A program made the position numbers and the translations under genes. A stretch of DNA of 64,000 nt from an uncultured delta proteobacterium (lineage in GTDB: Bacteria > Bdellovibrionota > FAC87 > UBA2466): the NCBI GenBank assembly GCA_963778115.1, contig CAVZSV010000001.1, forward strand, positions 65,011 to 129,010. The letters run 5' to 3'. Below, piece after piece: positions 11,897 through 22,487 of this stretch. Every line of letters begins with the position of its first letter. Within the stretch, counting starts at the first letter, position 1. Below the pieces are notes generated by a model that made no database searches, had not been told where the DNA came from, and saw only the letters and a program-made list of their open reading frames with translations.

Positions 11897-12212
11897 TGGT
11901 GAACCCCTCAACGCTTTCCTATAAAGATAAGGGCTCACGCTACGTTAGGGTCAATCCTTTTTTTCTCTCAGTACCCCAAGCGAAAAAAGGCGGTAACCAA
12001 AAATACCGCTACGAGTACCAAGGCCGGATATCGTTGTAGGTATTGCGATCGGAGTAGGAAATTAGCGACTCGACGACTACAGGCCCGGGCGCCTGCCATC
12101 ATTGCCAATTCAAGTTCTCCATGCTTTATGTAAGTGATGTTCTTTCCTGGTTCCAGGGAAGAGCGCAAATCCTGACCTAACTTGGGGTGGTCTGGATTTT
12201 CACATCTTTCAT

Positions 12213-12941
12213 ATGGGATTTGGGGGGGAAATGAAGTTCATGCCTTGGATGGCTTGTCTTGCCGTCTTATCTTTTAGCCTATGGAATGGCTTATCTTACG
12301 CATCCACAGTGGCTCCCGTTGGCAATCCGCTGTCGACGCTGAGTTCGGGATCTGTTGAGGTTCCCGTGTACGAGAAGGTAAATCTAACCGTAGACGGTAG
12401 CACTCAATCTGTCCCTCTTTTCCTGTCGGGAGATGGGATTCGGGAAGAGACGATTATCTTTGATGTGCCCGTTTATACCGCCACCGCCTATATCTCTACC
12501 GATCCTGCAACGCTCGAAGCGAGCCAAGATAGAGATAAAACGTTGAGCAGTATTTTAGCCGCCCCCACCAAGCTACTGCAATTGACCATGCTCACCGATC
12601 TCACTGCTATTGAAGTTCAGACGGCTTTTAAAGATCAACTAAGAACCAACGGTGTTGATGTGACTTCGGGTCTGGTGGCTCAATTTCTAAATAAGATCAA
12701 TTTTCCGTTTCCCACGGGAATGTCGATCAACGTGGTGGGATATATTCGCGCCGACGGAACCCAGATCGTTCAAGTGGAAGTTCCCAACCGGCCGTATATT
12801 GTTTCTACCGACTCCACTCTCTCCAACGATTGGTGGCTTGTTTGGTTTGGAAAGACAGACGCGAGTGACCCCAATATTGGACAGTTGCAAGACGATTTAA
12901 TTAGCCAAATTTTCAAAGGTCAATCATCGCGGATTTTTTAA
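12213..12941 (+). CDS. Secreted hypothetical protein
   Basis: Signal peptide (MPWMACLAVLSFSLWNGLSYAST). No catalytic motif recognised. Confidence 0.45.
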   Translation: MGFGGEMKFMPWMACLAVLSFSLWNGLSYASTVAPVGNPLSTLSSGSVEVPVYEKVNLTVDGSTQSVPLFLSGDGIREETIIFDVPVYTATAYISTDPATLEASQDRDKTLSSILAAPTKLLQLTMLTDLTAIEVQTAFKDQLRTNGVDVTSGLVAQFLNKINFPFPTGMSINVVGYIRADGTQIVQVEVPNRPYIVSTDSTLSNDWWLVWFGKTDASDPNIGQLQDDLISQIFKGQSSRIF

Positions 12942-13106
12942 TTCTGAAACGCGCAGCAGTTAGCCGCTCTATCCCCATCTGGGACGAATTTACCGCGTCC
13001 GGGGGGACGAAGCGGATTGCGGAATCGAACGTGATGCTGGTTAGGCTAGGTAGACTCTTAGAACGCCCAGAATATTGAGAACCAAAGTAGGCTCACCGGT
13101 CGATTT

Positions 13107-15038
13107 CTATTTAGCGCTTTTCGTACCACCAGCACGAGGCACCAATGGATTAAAGATCTCAGTTAATAGATCGGGGCGGCTCTTATCCCTTTCGAGAAAG
13201 GGATAGCGATTACCTGCGTAGTAATCTAAAGAAGCGTTTTGAAAGTAATCCTGATTTTCTAACAATAGGCGCAGCGGTTTCTTGCTGGTCTTGCTCGTGG
13301 TCAGCGCCTCGCGAAGCCGATCGGGGGTGAAGTGCCTATCATTAACTCCCAGGACCTTCATTCCGGGTCCGACATCAGCTTTGTCAGCCAAAGTTCCCGG
13401 GACCACATCAACGATCGTACCGTCCTCTTTCACAATAAAACCTAGAGAGGGAATATAATTTTGTGCTTTATCTTCGGTCTCGTGCGCTTTGACCAAGTCC
13501 CCTGGAGAATCATGGTAAACCAACTTCCAACCACTTCGCGAGATTCCATCCAAGGGAGCTCTTTCGCGGGAGTTCAGCCGGATTTCAAAAAACTTTGTCC
13601 AATCGTTGGCTAGCACTTCGTTAAGAGCCGCAACGACATCCTTAAAATTATAGGGCTTACCTCTCTGTGCGCCCGTCTCGCTGCCCCCAAAAAAAAGTCT
13701 CAGAAAGTCTTCGAGGCTTCGTTTTCCCCCACTCTTTTCCCTGATGAACGTATCTACGTCGAGCCATAGCAATGCCCCCTCGTCATAAAAATCGACGCTC
13801 CGTCGGCGACTCGCCCAATCGGGCCTAGAAAAATAAAGAATAGGTGCCGAGACCGAAGTATCCCCAAGCGATCTCCACTCGCGCCCTTTTTGGGATCGCA
13901 TTGCCTCCACCACAAGCGCATAGTTCTCTTTGCTAATTTCGGGGGAATAAAAGCCGCTCCTTCCCGTAAGCAAATATCCTAAGTAATGAGTAAGCCCTTC
14001 GTAAACCCATATGAGGTCGGTACGTAGTGGAGTTTGAAAATTAGAGGTCGTCATCGCCTCAGGCCTTCGGTACTTCCCGTTCCAGGAATGGACGAATTCG
14101 TGTGGCGTATACCAGGTCAGCGAAAAGTTTCGAAAGCTATCGTCAATAAAGAAACGCTCCGGCATTCGGTTATCACTGGACTCTTGATGTTCGACAGCAT
14201 TCGGACTTATGGCGTCACTCAAAGTGATGAGGAACCGGTAGGAACGATAGTGCTGGGATTTGAATAGCGCCTTTGCTTCAACGACGAGGTTATCGTATTT
14301 GGCTTTCAGTTCCGGCGGAATCGCAATAGCTGCCGCACTATCGCCAGCCAGGATCAAGAAATGGGGCGGCCCGCTTTTCGGGCCGATAGGAATCTCAGCG
14401 AAATACTTTCCGGCAAGGACCGGCGAATCCGCTAAGGTATCTATAGTAGCCGCCTTAAACTGAGTTCGGTTTCCTCGGTTTTTTTCAATAGGCAAAGCCG
14501 TTCCCAGTTTCCATCCTTCAGGCAGAGTTATTTTGGCTTCCACTTTCTGATCCCGCACGTCGGGCCCTTTGGGGTAGAGCAGCACCAAATACCAATTCAA
14601 GATCATCAACTGTGAGGTCATATTCGGTGAGGACATACCAAGCCCGTCACCGTCTTTAGCAGAAGCGCCGAGGTAGTCGAAAGTAACATCCAGAGTGTCA
14701 ACATGGCTGGGAACTTCGCAATGAAAAGAAAACAGATCGATGGGATCCCTCTGCCAAGCGAGATCTTTCCCGCCCGCTACCAATTTCAGATTTGCCAAAT
14801 CGTTTATCGGTCCATTCGGGGAATGCTGCCCCGGAATCCACTGCGGGTAAAACAAAGTAAGCGGACCCGGATGCACCGGAATTTTCATCACAGTATGCAA
14901 TAATCGACGAGGTGCCTCAGTCGCATCAAGGATAAGTTCAATGGGGCGATCAGAATTCTTCGCTGTCACCCCGGTCGCGGCCAGGCAAAAGACTCCTAAT
15001 ATCCATAAGAAAACGTGGGACAGTGTCTTAATTCGCAT
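13107..15038 (-). CDS. Secreted zinc metallopeptidase, likely M61 family, with a C-terminal PDZ domain
   Basis: Signal peptide. HEXXH motif (HEFVHSWNG). C-terminal PDZ-like segment (GFIVKEDGTIVDVVPGTLADKADVGPGMKVLGVNDRHF). The size and architecture match M61 glycyl aminopeptidase-like proteins. Confidence 0.6.
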   Translation of the reverse strand: MRIKTLSHVFLWILGVFCLAATGVTAKNSDRPIELILDATEAPRRLLHTVMKIPVHPGPLTLFYPQWIPGQHSPNGPINDLANLKLVAGGKDLAWQRDPIDLFSFHCEVPSHVDTLDVTFDYLGASAKDGDGLGMSSPNMTSQLMILNWYLVLLYPKGPDVRDQKVEAKITLPEGWKLGTALPIEKNRGNRTQFKAATIDTLADSPVLAGKYFAEIPIGPKSGPPHFLILAGDSAAAIAIPPELKAKYDNLVVEAKALFKSQHYRSYRFLITLSDAISPNAVEHQESSDNRMPERFFIDDSFRNFSLTWYTPHEFVHSWNGKYRRPEAMTTSNFQTPLRTDLIWVYEGLTHYLGYLLTGRSGFYSPEISKENYALVVEAMRSQKGREWRSLGDTSVSAPILYFSRPDWASRRRSVDFYDEGALLWLDVDTFIREKSGGKRSLEDFLRLFFGGSETGAQRGKPYNFKDVVAALNEVLANDWTKFFEIRLNSRERAPLDGISRSGWKLVYHDSPGDLVKAHETEDKAQNYIPSLGFIVKEDGTIVDVVPGTLADKADVGPGMKVLGVNDRHFTPDRLREALTTSKTSKKPLRLLLENQDYFQNASLDYYAGNRYPFLERDKSRPDLLTEIFNPLVPRAGGTKSAK

Positions 15039-15086
15039 CAGGCTCCTTGGGGGGAGTATACATGGCGGCCCCCGTTGGACAAGTTT

Positions 15087-15401
15087 CTAGCCCCACGCGC
15101 CCAAGGTTAGCATATCGCTGCGTCGAGCGGGTGGCGTCTGAAAAGGTGACTCCTGTCGCTCTAACAGGTGAGGCTTACACGCCAGAGCCGAAAGAGAAGG
15201 AAATAGGAAAGTGGAAGTTTCTAGAGCTTGCAGTACGAGGCGTGCCGAACGATTACAGGTAAAAATAGCACCCGGCTCGAGAAGGATGTCTTCGTAATTT
15301 CCCTCGATCGTAAGCCAAATCTCCCCGTCAGCGCACTCCACTCGCAGCCCAACCGGAGCCGTGAAACTATAGATTTCGCCTTTCACTAAAGAATACTGCA
15401 T
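15087..15401 (-). CDS. Small DUF2917-like protein. The start is at MQYSLVKGE
   Basis: ~104-aa ORF with a recognised pattern (ECADGEIWLTIEG...ILLEPG). It lies divergent to the CGNR gene. Confidence 0.4.
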   Translation of the reverse strand: MQYSLVKGEIYSFTAPVGLRVECADGEIWLTIEGNYEDILLEPGAIFTCNRSARLVLQALETSTFLFPSLSALACKPHLLERQESPFQTPPARRSDMLTLGAWG

Positions 15402-15524
15402 TGTTAACCTCACTTTTAGTAACCGATATATTTAGTTTAGGCGGTTACACTGGAATAGGTTTTGCTTGATTTTCAGTAACCTGTCAAATATATTTTGATG
15501 GTTACACCACGCAAAGAAGGCTGT

Positions 15525-16139
15525 ATGGAGAAAACACTCGCGGATTTAGGGGATTACGAACGCATCGCCGGTAATCTGGCGTTGGATTTCGCCAACACCA
15601 TGGGGGGGGGACGAGAGATAGCCCCTCTTGAGTATTTGAAGAGCTATGCACATCTTGCCGCTTGGGCCGTCTTTTGTGAGCTAATTTCGCAGGCCACGGC
15701 CCGACGTTTAATTGACCAGGCGCAAACTAAACAGAACGCCGCCACTGAAGTGCTCCATCGAGCGGTGAGCCTAAGGGAAGCTATCTACCGGGTGGTCACG
15801 GCCTCTGACCACCGAGGGGTTCCCAAGAATGAAGATCTCTTTCTAATCTCGCGGGAGTATCAGTTTGCCATTGGCCGCGCGAAAATTGTCGATAGCAAAT
15901 CAGGATTTTCTTGGCAGTGGCCGGAATCCAAAACGGATCTGGATCAAATGCTTTGGCCGGTCGCGAAAGCGGCTGCTGAACTTTTGACCTCAAACCCTCA
16001 CATTGAGTTCCTCCGCGAGTGCGCAGCCGACAGCTGTACCTGGGTTTTTCTGGACACGTCCAAGAATCATAAACGCCGCTGGTGCGACATGCGCGACTGC
16101 GGTAACCGGGAAAAAATGAAGCGATTCCGAAAGACCTAA
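15525..16139 (+). CDS. CGNR zinc-finger (ABATE/zf-CGNR) domain protein. The ORF opens at 15495, with the likely start at MEKTLADL
   Basis: C-terminal WCDMRDCGNREKMKRFR is the hallmark zf-CGNR motif. The coding region contains a G9 homopolymer at 15601-15609. Confidence 0.8.
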   Translation: MEKTLADLGDYERIAGNLALDFANTMGGGREIAPLEYLKSYAHLAAWAVFCELISQATARRLIDQAQTKQNAATEVLHRAVSLREAIYRVVTASDHRGVPKNEDLFLISREYQFAIGRAKIVDSKSGFSWQWPESKTDLDQMLWPVAKAAAELLTSNPHIEFLRECAADSCTWVFLDTSKNHKRRWCDMRDCGNREKMKRFRKT

Positions 16140-16192
16140 ACTCTCTGGGATCTCACAATCCCGATTTGCTGTGATCCTAAAACTTCGCGACC

Positions 16193-16468
16193 TTAGATGC
16201 TCCTTCGCACCAACGAATAGCGTTTTCGGTGATGAACAGTTCTTTGTATATTTGCCTCTCCTCCCGGCCTTGGTTGCCACAATAGCGGAATCGCTAACAC
16301 CGAAGAGGGGGCTTTCGACGCGAGATACCTCGAAACATGAGAATTAGTCCTTCTGGTAAGGAATACATTGGCCGATCGGGATGTTCCAAGAAGTGCCCAT
16401 GCACAGAAAAAGGCAAAGCAAAATATTAGAGGTGTCCACAGTGCCTGGAATTTGATGATGTATTTCAT
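16193..16468 (-). CDS. Small hypothetical protein with an N-terminal hydrophobic segment
   Basis: 91-aa ORF. Weak support only. Confidence 0.25.
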   Translation of the reverse strand: MKYIIKFQALWTPLIFCFAFFCAWALLGTSRSANVFLTRRTNSHVSRYLASKAPSSVLAIPLLWQPRPGGEANIQRTVHHRKRYSLVRRSI

Positions 16469-16504
16469 GGAAACCTCCTTTCGCTTATTCGAAACAATTT
16501 TAGA

Positions 16505-17038
16505 TCACTGAATGGGAAGTCCGTAGCTCATCGGAAAATCAAGAGTTGAGATCACACGATCGAAGAGCCTATCGACAAGGCTAGTAGTCCGATCGAGCGG
16601 TTGAATCACTTTCATTTCACAGACGGGCTCCCCAATATCGTTACTTATAATGAAAGATCTCAAATAGACTCTTAGAATGGTTCCGTCCGCTCTGACGTAG
16701 CACTTTTCCATCTCATACATGGGCAATCGCCCCTCCCAAAGACTCTTTTCATAAAATCCGGTTTTCCCTCTATCCTCGGGAATCGTGATCTCCATGGTGG
16801 TCTTACCTATTAAATCATCCGCCCGGTATCCAAGAAGATCGCCGAATTCCTTGTTGGCGTTTAAAATTTCAAGATGGGAACCCACCACGGCAACGGCCCG
16901 CCCGTAATTCTTTAGAATTTCTGCGACTAGTTTTTCGATTTCGAATCTAGCACTATCCGTTGTCGTTCGCTCTGCGTCCCGGGGTCTGTTTCGCCCATGG
17001 TTTCTTTTGGTTCTGTCTTCTCTTAGTAAGTAACTCAT
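16505..17038 (-). CDS. Stand-alone PAS-domain protein
   Basis: PAS-like core (ILNANKEFGDLLGYRADDLIGKT...YVRADGTILRV). No kinase domain is present. Confidence 0.55.
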   Translation of the reverse strand: MSYLLREDRTKRNHGRNRPRDAERTTTDSARFEIEKLVAEILKNYGRAVAVVGSHLEILNANKEFGDLLGYRADDLIGKTTMEITIPEDRGKTGFYEKSLWEGRLPMYEMEKCYVRADGTILRVYLRSFIISNDIGEPVCEMKVIQPLDRTTSLVDRLFDRVISTLDFPMSYGLPIQ

Positions 17039-17039
17039 G

Positions 17040-17173
17040 ATGTTCCTCCTATGGTTAACTCACACTTATATTATCGCCCCGATCTCTATATTCATTAAAT
17101 CGATAATATATTATAATTAATTAGATTAAATGAATTATGTGTAACTAGTTAAAATTAATGGGAGTTATTAAAG
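17040..17173. promoter_or_regulatory. Strongly AT-rich divergent promoter/operator region between the PAS gene and lysR
   Basis: >75% A+T, with iterated ATTAAAT/TAATTA motifs located between divergent start codons. Confidence 0.35.
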
Positions 17174-18079
17174 ATGGGGACGCTAAATTTCAGTCATTTG
17201 TACTATTTTCACACAATTCAAAAGTTGGGTTCCATCGTGGAAGCTTCAAAGCGCCTGCGACTGACGCAACCCACGCTGAGCACTCAGCTGAGGCAGTTGG
17301 AAAATTCATTGGGGGTCGAGCTATTCACTCGAAAAGGGAAGAGACTCATCTTAAATGAAGATGGCAAACTCGCCGCAGAATTTTCGGATCAGATCTTTCA
17401 GCTTGGCGATGACATGGTACTTGCCCTTCGTTCCAAGGATAGAAAACGCGTAACAAAAATCAGAGGTGGGGTACTTCCCTCGGTTTCAAAACGAATCACT
17501 TCAGATTTTGTATCCCCGCTCTTTGACAACAAGTCTACCACCATCACAATAAGCGAAGGTTCTCTAGATTTTCTGCTTTCGGAATTAAATCGAAACAATC
17601 TAGATTTTATTCTAAGTGATGCCTCCGCTCAAACAGGAAACCAGACGATCGCAAGTTATCCGCTAAAGCATCGCCACTTTGTAGCAGTAAGCTCGCCTAA
17701 GATGGCACACTTGGGAGATAACTTTCCCTCCTCTTTAAACCATCAACCACTAGTGACATTTACGGGACATAGCCAACTTCGTCATGAAATCGACAGAGTC
17801 CTTGAGGGGCTAAATCTGAGGAACGAAGTAATCGCCGAATGTGACGATGTTGATTTACTATGTCTACTTTGCGAGAAGGAATCTTGCTTTTCGGTATTGC
17901 CACTCTCGTCGGTATCGTCGGCGTTGCGTAATAAAAGTCTACTGGAACTGGGAAAATTTGGAACTCTCAAATCAGATATTTGGGTACTCTTCGAGCAGAA
18001 AAGCCCCGTCTCAGCGAGGTTATTGAACGCCATAAAGGCATTCAACCGCCAATTAGATTTGGAGTCCACTGAGGGATAA
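17174..18079 (+). CDS. LysR-family transcriptional regulator
   Basis: N-terminal LysR HTH (LSHLYYFHTIQKLGSIVEASKRLRLTQPTLSTQLRQLE) followed by the substrate-binding fold. Confidence 0.9.
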   Translation: MGTLNFSHLYYFHTIQKLGSIVEASKRLRLTQPTLSTQLRQLENSLGVELFTRKGKRLILNEDGKLAAEFSDQIFQLGDDMVLALRSKDRKRVTKIRGGVLPSVSKRITSDFVSPLFDNKSTTITISEGSLDFLLSELNRNNLDFILSDASAQTGNQTIASYPLKHRHFVAVSSPKMAHLGDNFPSSLNHQPLVTFTGHSQLRHEIDRVLEGLNLRNEVIAECDDVDLLCLLCEKESCFSVLPLSSVSSALRNKSLLELGKFGTLKSDIWVLFEQKSPVSARLLNAIKAFNRQLDLESTEG

Positions 18080-18092
18080 GGAGATCCCATCC

Positions 18093-18671
18093 CTAGGGGA
18101 AGTGAACGATAAGACCGGCTGTGACTTGATAGTCGTTATTGGTCCAGCGGGTTTTGTAATTAGTGAAAACGGAAACGACTTCCGCGGTAAAGGCCACATG
18201 ATTCATGAGTCCAATATGTAATCCTGCACCCGCGTACGGGCAGTAGACAAAAGAACTTGTCGTCGTAGTAGTCACCCCACTAACCGTCTCATCCAACTTC
18301 GATTGAGTCGCTTGAGCACCGGCGCGCAGTACGAAAGTAAATGCATTGGCCAGTCGAATGTGAGATCGCAACCCTAGTTTTACCTCTTGATCGGTATCGG
18401 TAACACTTTGCACGGAAGAGGAGAAGGTCTCCGTATCTTTGCCGTAGAGATATTCCGTCTCCAAAGCAATCGCCGGAATCCCTACCGAAGCCCTGGCTCC
18501 ATAGACCAACCTATCGGTCGTGTGGGCGACAGGAACCGTCTCTTGCACCTGTTCATAGCCAAAGATGGGCTCTATTTCAGTCTGAATCCCCGTATTAATC
18601 GTATTCGCGAAGGAAAGTTTCGGGGTAAGAACGGCTAGTAAAAAAACGATAGGAAAATAACGATAGATCAC
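18093..18671 (-). CDS. Outer-membrane beta-barrel protein (OmpW/OmpA-like small barrel)
   Basis: Signal peptide, alternating hydrophobic beta-strand pattern, and a C-terminal aromatic residue (F). Confidence 0.5.
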   Translation of the reverse strand: MIYRYFPIVFLLAVLTPKLSFANTINTGIQTEIEPIFGYEQVQETVPVAHTTDRLVYGARASVGIPAIALETEYLYGKDTETFSSSVQSVTDTDQEVKLGLRSHIRLANAFTFVLRAGAQATQSKLDETVSGVTTTTTSSFVYCPYAGAGLHIGLMNHVAFTAEVVSVFTNYKTRWTNNDYQVTAGLIVHFP

Positions 18672-18840
18672 GGGGTTATCCCTCCTTTAAGCCTATTGTT
18701 CGGATGAAATGCCCCAAGGCTGAAGGTTTTCCGTGGCAAAAACTTTTTGAATGTTTTAGAAGCGGTGAATCAATTTTGCCTCGGGCCATTTTCTATGATT
18801 TGTAATTCGAGATAAGAGCTAGGAAATAGATGCTTATTTC

Positions 18841-20226
18841 TTGATGAGGTTTGTCATGAGACTTTTTAGCTTCGTAGTTCTTCTGGTTTTCACGGTGGTT
18901 CTTAACGCAGCACCGCTGCCCACCCTGCCAAACGGTTTTCTAAAAATCGACTCAAAGCGGATTCCGCCAGCACTCCAGGGCTTAGTCCAAACCGTGGCAG
19001 CGGCGGTGGGTAAACTAGAAATTCGGGCACGCGTAGATTTCGAGGTCAAAGAAACCAAGATCAAAAAGGGAATGGTATTCGCTACTGGCACTGCCTATGT
19101 AATAGAGCCGGGAGATCGAATCAATACTGACTATCACGTCATCAGTGATTGGATACAGAACCGAAATCATTTGGATCTAGTCTTTGTCTTCGGTGGCAAA
19201 GAGATCGAAATCGACAAAGTGCTCTTCGAGGACGAAAAGGCGGATTTAGCCACTCTAGCATTACCCGAGAAAACAAAATCCGCGTTACCCGTGGCAAAGG
19301 TCGAGCTCGACACCGGACTCCGAGTCATTCAATTAGGACATCCTTTAAGCAGTAAGACTCCAATGGTTACCTTGGGCAACGTTATTCAAAATGACGAGGA
19401 AGGTCTTTTCTTGAGCACACCGTCGCTTCCAGGACTTAGTGGCGCTCCCATCGTTGCCTTCGATGAATATGGAAAAATGCTGGGTGTGATTGGAAATACG
19501 AAGGGGATTCTCGCTGTGTCGGCCATAAAGTTAAAAGGTTTGGAAGGCGCTTTAGCAATCGACTACTACGGCTTAGACAACATCAATGAGCGACTATACT
19601 GGCTTACCTCGCGAGCTGATGTGGAAAAGACGTTTCGTATTGAAAAGGGTCCGCAAGGAGATTTTAAAAGTGACCCTCTAGAAGAACTTAAAGTGCCGCG
19701 AGGACAATTAGAACAGGCAACGATGATGAACTTCTCGCTTTTGCGTAACGACCATAACGTAACGATCTTCCGAAAGGAACTGGAAGAGATTTCCAAAGAT
19801 TTTGATTCTCTTGCGGAGCAGTTAGTAAATCAAGGGAAGGAAAAACCTCCACGAGAAGTATTGAAAAAAATGGTCACCCTCAATTTTAGATTAGAAGCGA
19901 TATCCGCGAGAGCTGTGAAAAACCTCTACCCAATATCAAGTCTTCCTATTAGAACTTCGGAGGAACTCGCACGGTCATACGTCTCGAATCCTACTTCTGC
20001 AAAACTCGCCAGGTTTCTAAAAGGCGTAGCGATTGAAATTAGAGACCTTCTCCCGCAGCTAGATGCGCAAGTGAAGGAGGATAATCAAAGGAAAGCTTTG
20101 GTGACCTCCGCTTCAGAACTATCCAAGTACTTATTAGAGCTAGAAGCCATCCCCAAACTAAAAGAAGACGAAGTCTATTTTTCTCACTTTTTCCAAATCC
20201 CCACTCGAGTCAACGTCATCCGATAG
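18841..20226 (+). CDS. Secreted trypsin-like (S1-family) serine peptidase with a C-terminal helical domain
   Basis: Signal peptide. Catalytic-region-like segments (TAYVIEPGDRINTDYHV ... LPGLSGAPIVAFDEYGKMLGVIGN). The GLSGAP motif is the S1C Ser motif. Confidence 0.55.
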   Translation: MMRFVMRLFSFVVLLVFTVVLNAAPLPTLPNGFLKIDSKRIPPALQGLVQTVAAAVGKLEIRARVDFEVKETKIKKGMVFATGTAYVIEPGDRINTDYHVISDWIQNRNHLDLVFVFGGKEIEIDKVLFEDEKADLATLALPEKTKSALPVAKVELDTGLRVIQLGHPLSSKTPMVTLGNVIQNDEEGLFLSTPSLPGLSGAPIVAFDEYGKMLGVIGNTKGILAVSAIKLKGLEGALAIDYYGLDNINERLYWLTSRADVEKTFRIEKGPQGDFKSDPLEELKVPRGQLEQATMMNFSLLRNDHNVTIFRKELEEISKDFDSLAEQLVNQGKEKPPREVLKKMVTLNFRLEAISARAVKNLYPISSLPIRTSEELARSYVSNPTSAKLARFLKGVAIEIRDLLPQLDAQVKEDNQRKALVTSASELSKYLLELEAIPKLKEDEVYFSHFFQIPTRVNVIR

Positions 20227-20261
20227 GCATCTCCTTCCTGAAAATAGTCTTTGTTAAAGAC

Positions 20262-21557
20262 TTACCAAAGAGTGTCTTGGTAGAGATCGGTGTTGGAGGT
20301 CAGGTCATAGACATCCACAACGAACGAATGGCCCCAAGTGCCATCTGCGGAAGCACCGAAAGGAATGGAGAGTTTCCAAGGATGATTTACGTCGGTTTCT
20401 AGATGATCTTGGGTGATGAGAAACGTCTTAGCTATGGCTAAGCCACCGTCAGCGTCTCTATACTGTGGAAATTTCGAGGCTAGGGGCTTCCCCTGATCGT
20501 CTCTGAAGTGAATGCTCACCGAGAGTTGGTGACCCGTTAACGCGCGATCCAGACGCACGAGCATGTAATAGGCGGCCTCCATATCCTTATATTCATAGAC
20601 GCCGCCAGACTGTACTACCTTAACCTGAACGAGAGGCGAAGCCACAGCCGGAGCGGGAATAGCGGGAAGCCCTGTGGGCACTTTGTCTTTTGAAAGACGG
20701 TAGGCGAAAGGAATTTGCTCTTCTGTCGCGCCGTACCTATTAGTCCAAGTTTGAGGAGTGAAGCGATTGTGTAATACGATAAATTTCTTTTGGGTCAACT
20801 CACGTATTCCAAAAAAGATCTCGGTCCAGTCGACAAAGCCATCATGATTAATATCGTTCTGAGAGGGATCGATCTCCAAGACCTCCCGCAAGGATTCAGA
20901 GAATATTGAACCTACGACTTGTCCGTTGTTTAGGTGCGTAGGATCAAAGGGGTTCATATCGACAAACGCAAGTCCCTCTCCCGTCGCCGAAGTGATATCT
21001 ACAGTTCCATGGAGATCCCCCAGGAGTTGAGCCAGAAAAAGCCAACGCTTGGTATCTGCCTCCGCTCCCGCCGGGGGAAGAGGATTGGGTTCTCGCTCGG
21101 CTCGACTCCCACAAGCGTCAGTCGTAATCAAGACTCCTTGAGTCTTCACCGATTCCATTGTCTTTCGGAGCTCTTCTCGAGGCAGTCTATCGCCGTTCAT
21201 TTTTAGTACATGTCCTTGACCTGGGATCGTCATCCCATGTCCACAATAGTAGAACCACAATACATCGTTAGATTTAAAGCGGGCATGAAACCTCTGGGGT
21301 GACTGGAAAAAAAGGAGGGTGTCCGATCGTCCAGCCTGTCGATCTTGAAATTCGTAAATAGCAAGACGATTTATGCTGGGGCGGGTCCTCTTAAGCAATT
21401 CCCGCAGCCTTCCCCAACTCTGTTTGCATCCTGTACCCACATTAGGATCGTTGCTATCTACGGCGGCAAAGAGATGAATGGTACCTTTGGGATTCGTATC
21501 AGCGGCGACACTCAAAGAACTTGCTGAGACAATGGCCAAAATAAGAAAGAGTTTCAT
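20262..21557 (-). CDS. Secreted caspase-like (peptidase C14 / orthocaspase) domain protein
   Basis: Signal peptide. His motif YYCGHG and Cys motif TTDACGS are at the spacing expected for a caspase His-Cys dyad. The C-terminal domain is unassigned. Confidence 0.55.
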   Translation of the reverse strand: MKLFLILAIVSASSLSVAADTNPKGTIHLFAAVDSNDPNVGTGCKQSWGRLRELLKRTRPSINRLAIYEFQDRQAGRSDTLLFFQSPQRFHARFKSNDVLWFYYCGHGMTIPGQGHVLKMNGDRLPREELRKTMESVKTQGVLITTDACGSRAEREPNPLPPAGAEADTKRWLFLAQLLGDLHGTVDITSATGEGLAFVDMNPFDPTHLNNGQVVGSIFSESLREVLEIDPSQNDINHDGFVDWTEIFFGIRELTQKKFIVLHNRFTPQTWTNRYGATEEQIPFAYRLSKDKVPTGLPAIPAPAVASPLVQVKVVQSGGVYEYKDMEAAYYMLVRLDRALTGHQLSVSIHFRDDQGKPLASKFPQYRDADGGLAIAKTFLITQDHLETDVNHPWKLSIPFGASADGTWGHSFVVDVYDLTSNTDLYQDTLW

Positions 21558-21707
21558 AGGCGGCTCTCCTCTTTAGACGGCCACCAAACCCATTAGCATC
21601 GACGAGCTGAAGCTGGCACTCGTGATTGCTCCTGTCAATATGACGGTTTTCGAAAATTACCGGGTGCCTAGTAGACGAATATTGAACTTGATGTTTTCAT
21701 TCTCTTT

Positions 21708-21905
21708 ATGAAAGAAGAAGACTTTGAAGGAACCTTGGTGCTGGAGCGACTTGAGGAGATTGGCGAACGGGAAGCTTTCTTTGATGCTGTAGATAGCGAT
21801 GATTTCCGCAAGGCCGCATCCTTAATGAAACGGGCGGGTTTGGATGATGTGACCATCGAGACGGTCTTGCGGAAGATGGCGGCGGCCGAGAGGGATGGAG
21901 AATGA
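21708..21905 (+). CDS. Small acidic hypothetical protein
   Basis: 65-aa ORF immediately upstream of, and co-directional with, the CoA-binding protein gene. Confidence 0.3.
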   Translation: MKEEDFEGTLVLERLEEIGEREAFFDAVDSDDFRKAASLMKRAGLDDVTIETVLRKMAAAERDGE

Positions 21906-21908
21906 TCG

Positions 21909-22322
21909 ATGAATGTTTTAGACAGCCAGATTAAAGAGCTACTTAGCCGCTATAAGAAATTTACCGTCTATGGCTTAAGTGCTGATCCCGCAAAAGCAAG
22001 CCATTACGTCCCACTCTACATGCGAGAAAACGGATGGGAGATAGTAGGAACCTACCCTAAACCACACTCGGTGAATGATTTTTCCATTTTTGATACTTTG
22101 GCGAAAGCTCCCGCAAACTATCGTAAGTTTATCGACGTCTTTCGCGCCTCCGACAAAATCCCCGACGTCGTGGATGAAGTGCTGGAATTAGGCGGTGTTG
22201 AAGTCCTTTGGCTGCAGCTGGGAATTACTCACCCTCAAGCCGAAGCTCGAGCGGAGAAGGCCGGCCTTCGAGTCGTTTCAAACCGGTGCTTGATTATTGA
22301 GCATAGGAAATGGTTTCGATGA
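21909..22322 (+). CDS. CoA-binding domain protein (YccU-like)
   Basis: KFTVYGLSADPAKASHYV...VDVFRASD...VLWLQLG is the CoA_binding_2 pattern. The protein is 137 aa. Confidence 0.7.
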   Translation: MNVLDSQIKELLSRYKKFTVYGLSADPAKASHYVPLYMRENGWEIVGTYPKPHSVNDFSIFDTLAKAPANYRKFIDVFRASDKIPDVVDEVLELGGVEVLWLQLGITHPQAEARAEKAGLRVVSNRCLIIEHRKWFR

Positions 22323-22487
22323 GATCAGTTGGAGGAAAGGCCGGTTGCGCGGCCGAATCATAGGACGAATGGCTGTGGGAGAATCGAGCATCTACGGCGG
22401 AATGCTTCGTACGCTTAATACACCAGCGAACCAACCGCTGGCCGCAAAGCTACCCATTCACTTTCCGGCCGAATAGGTAGCGGGCGA

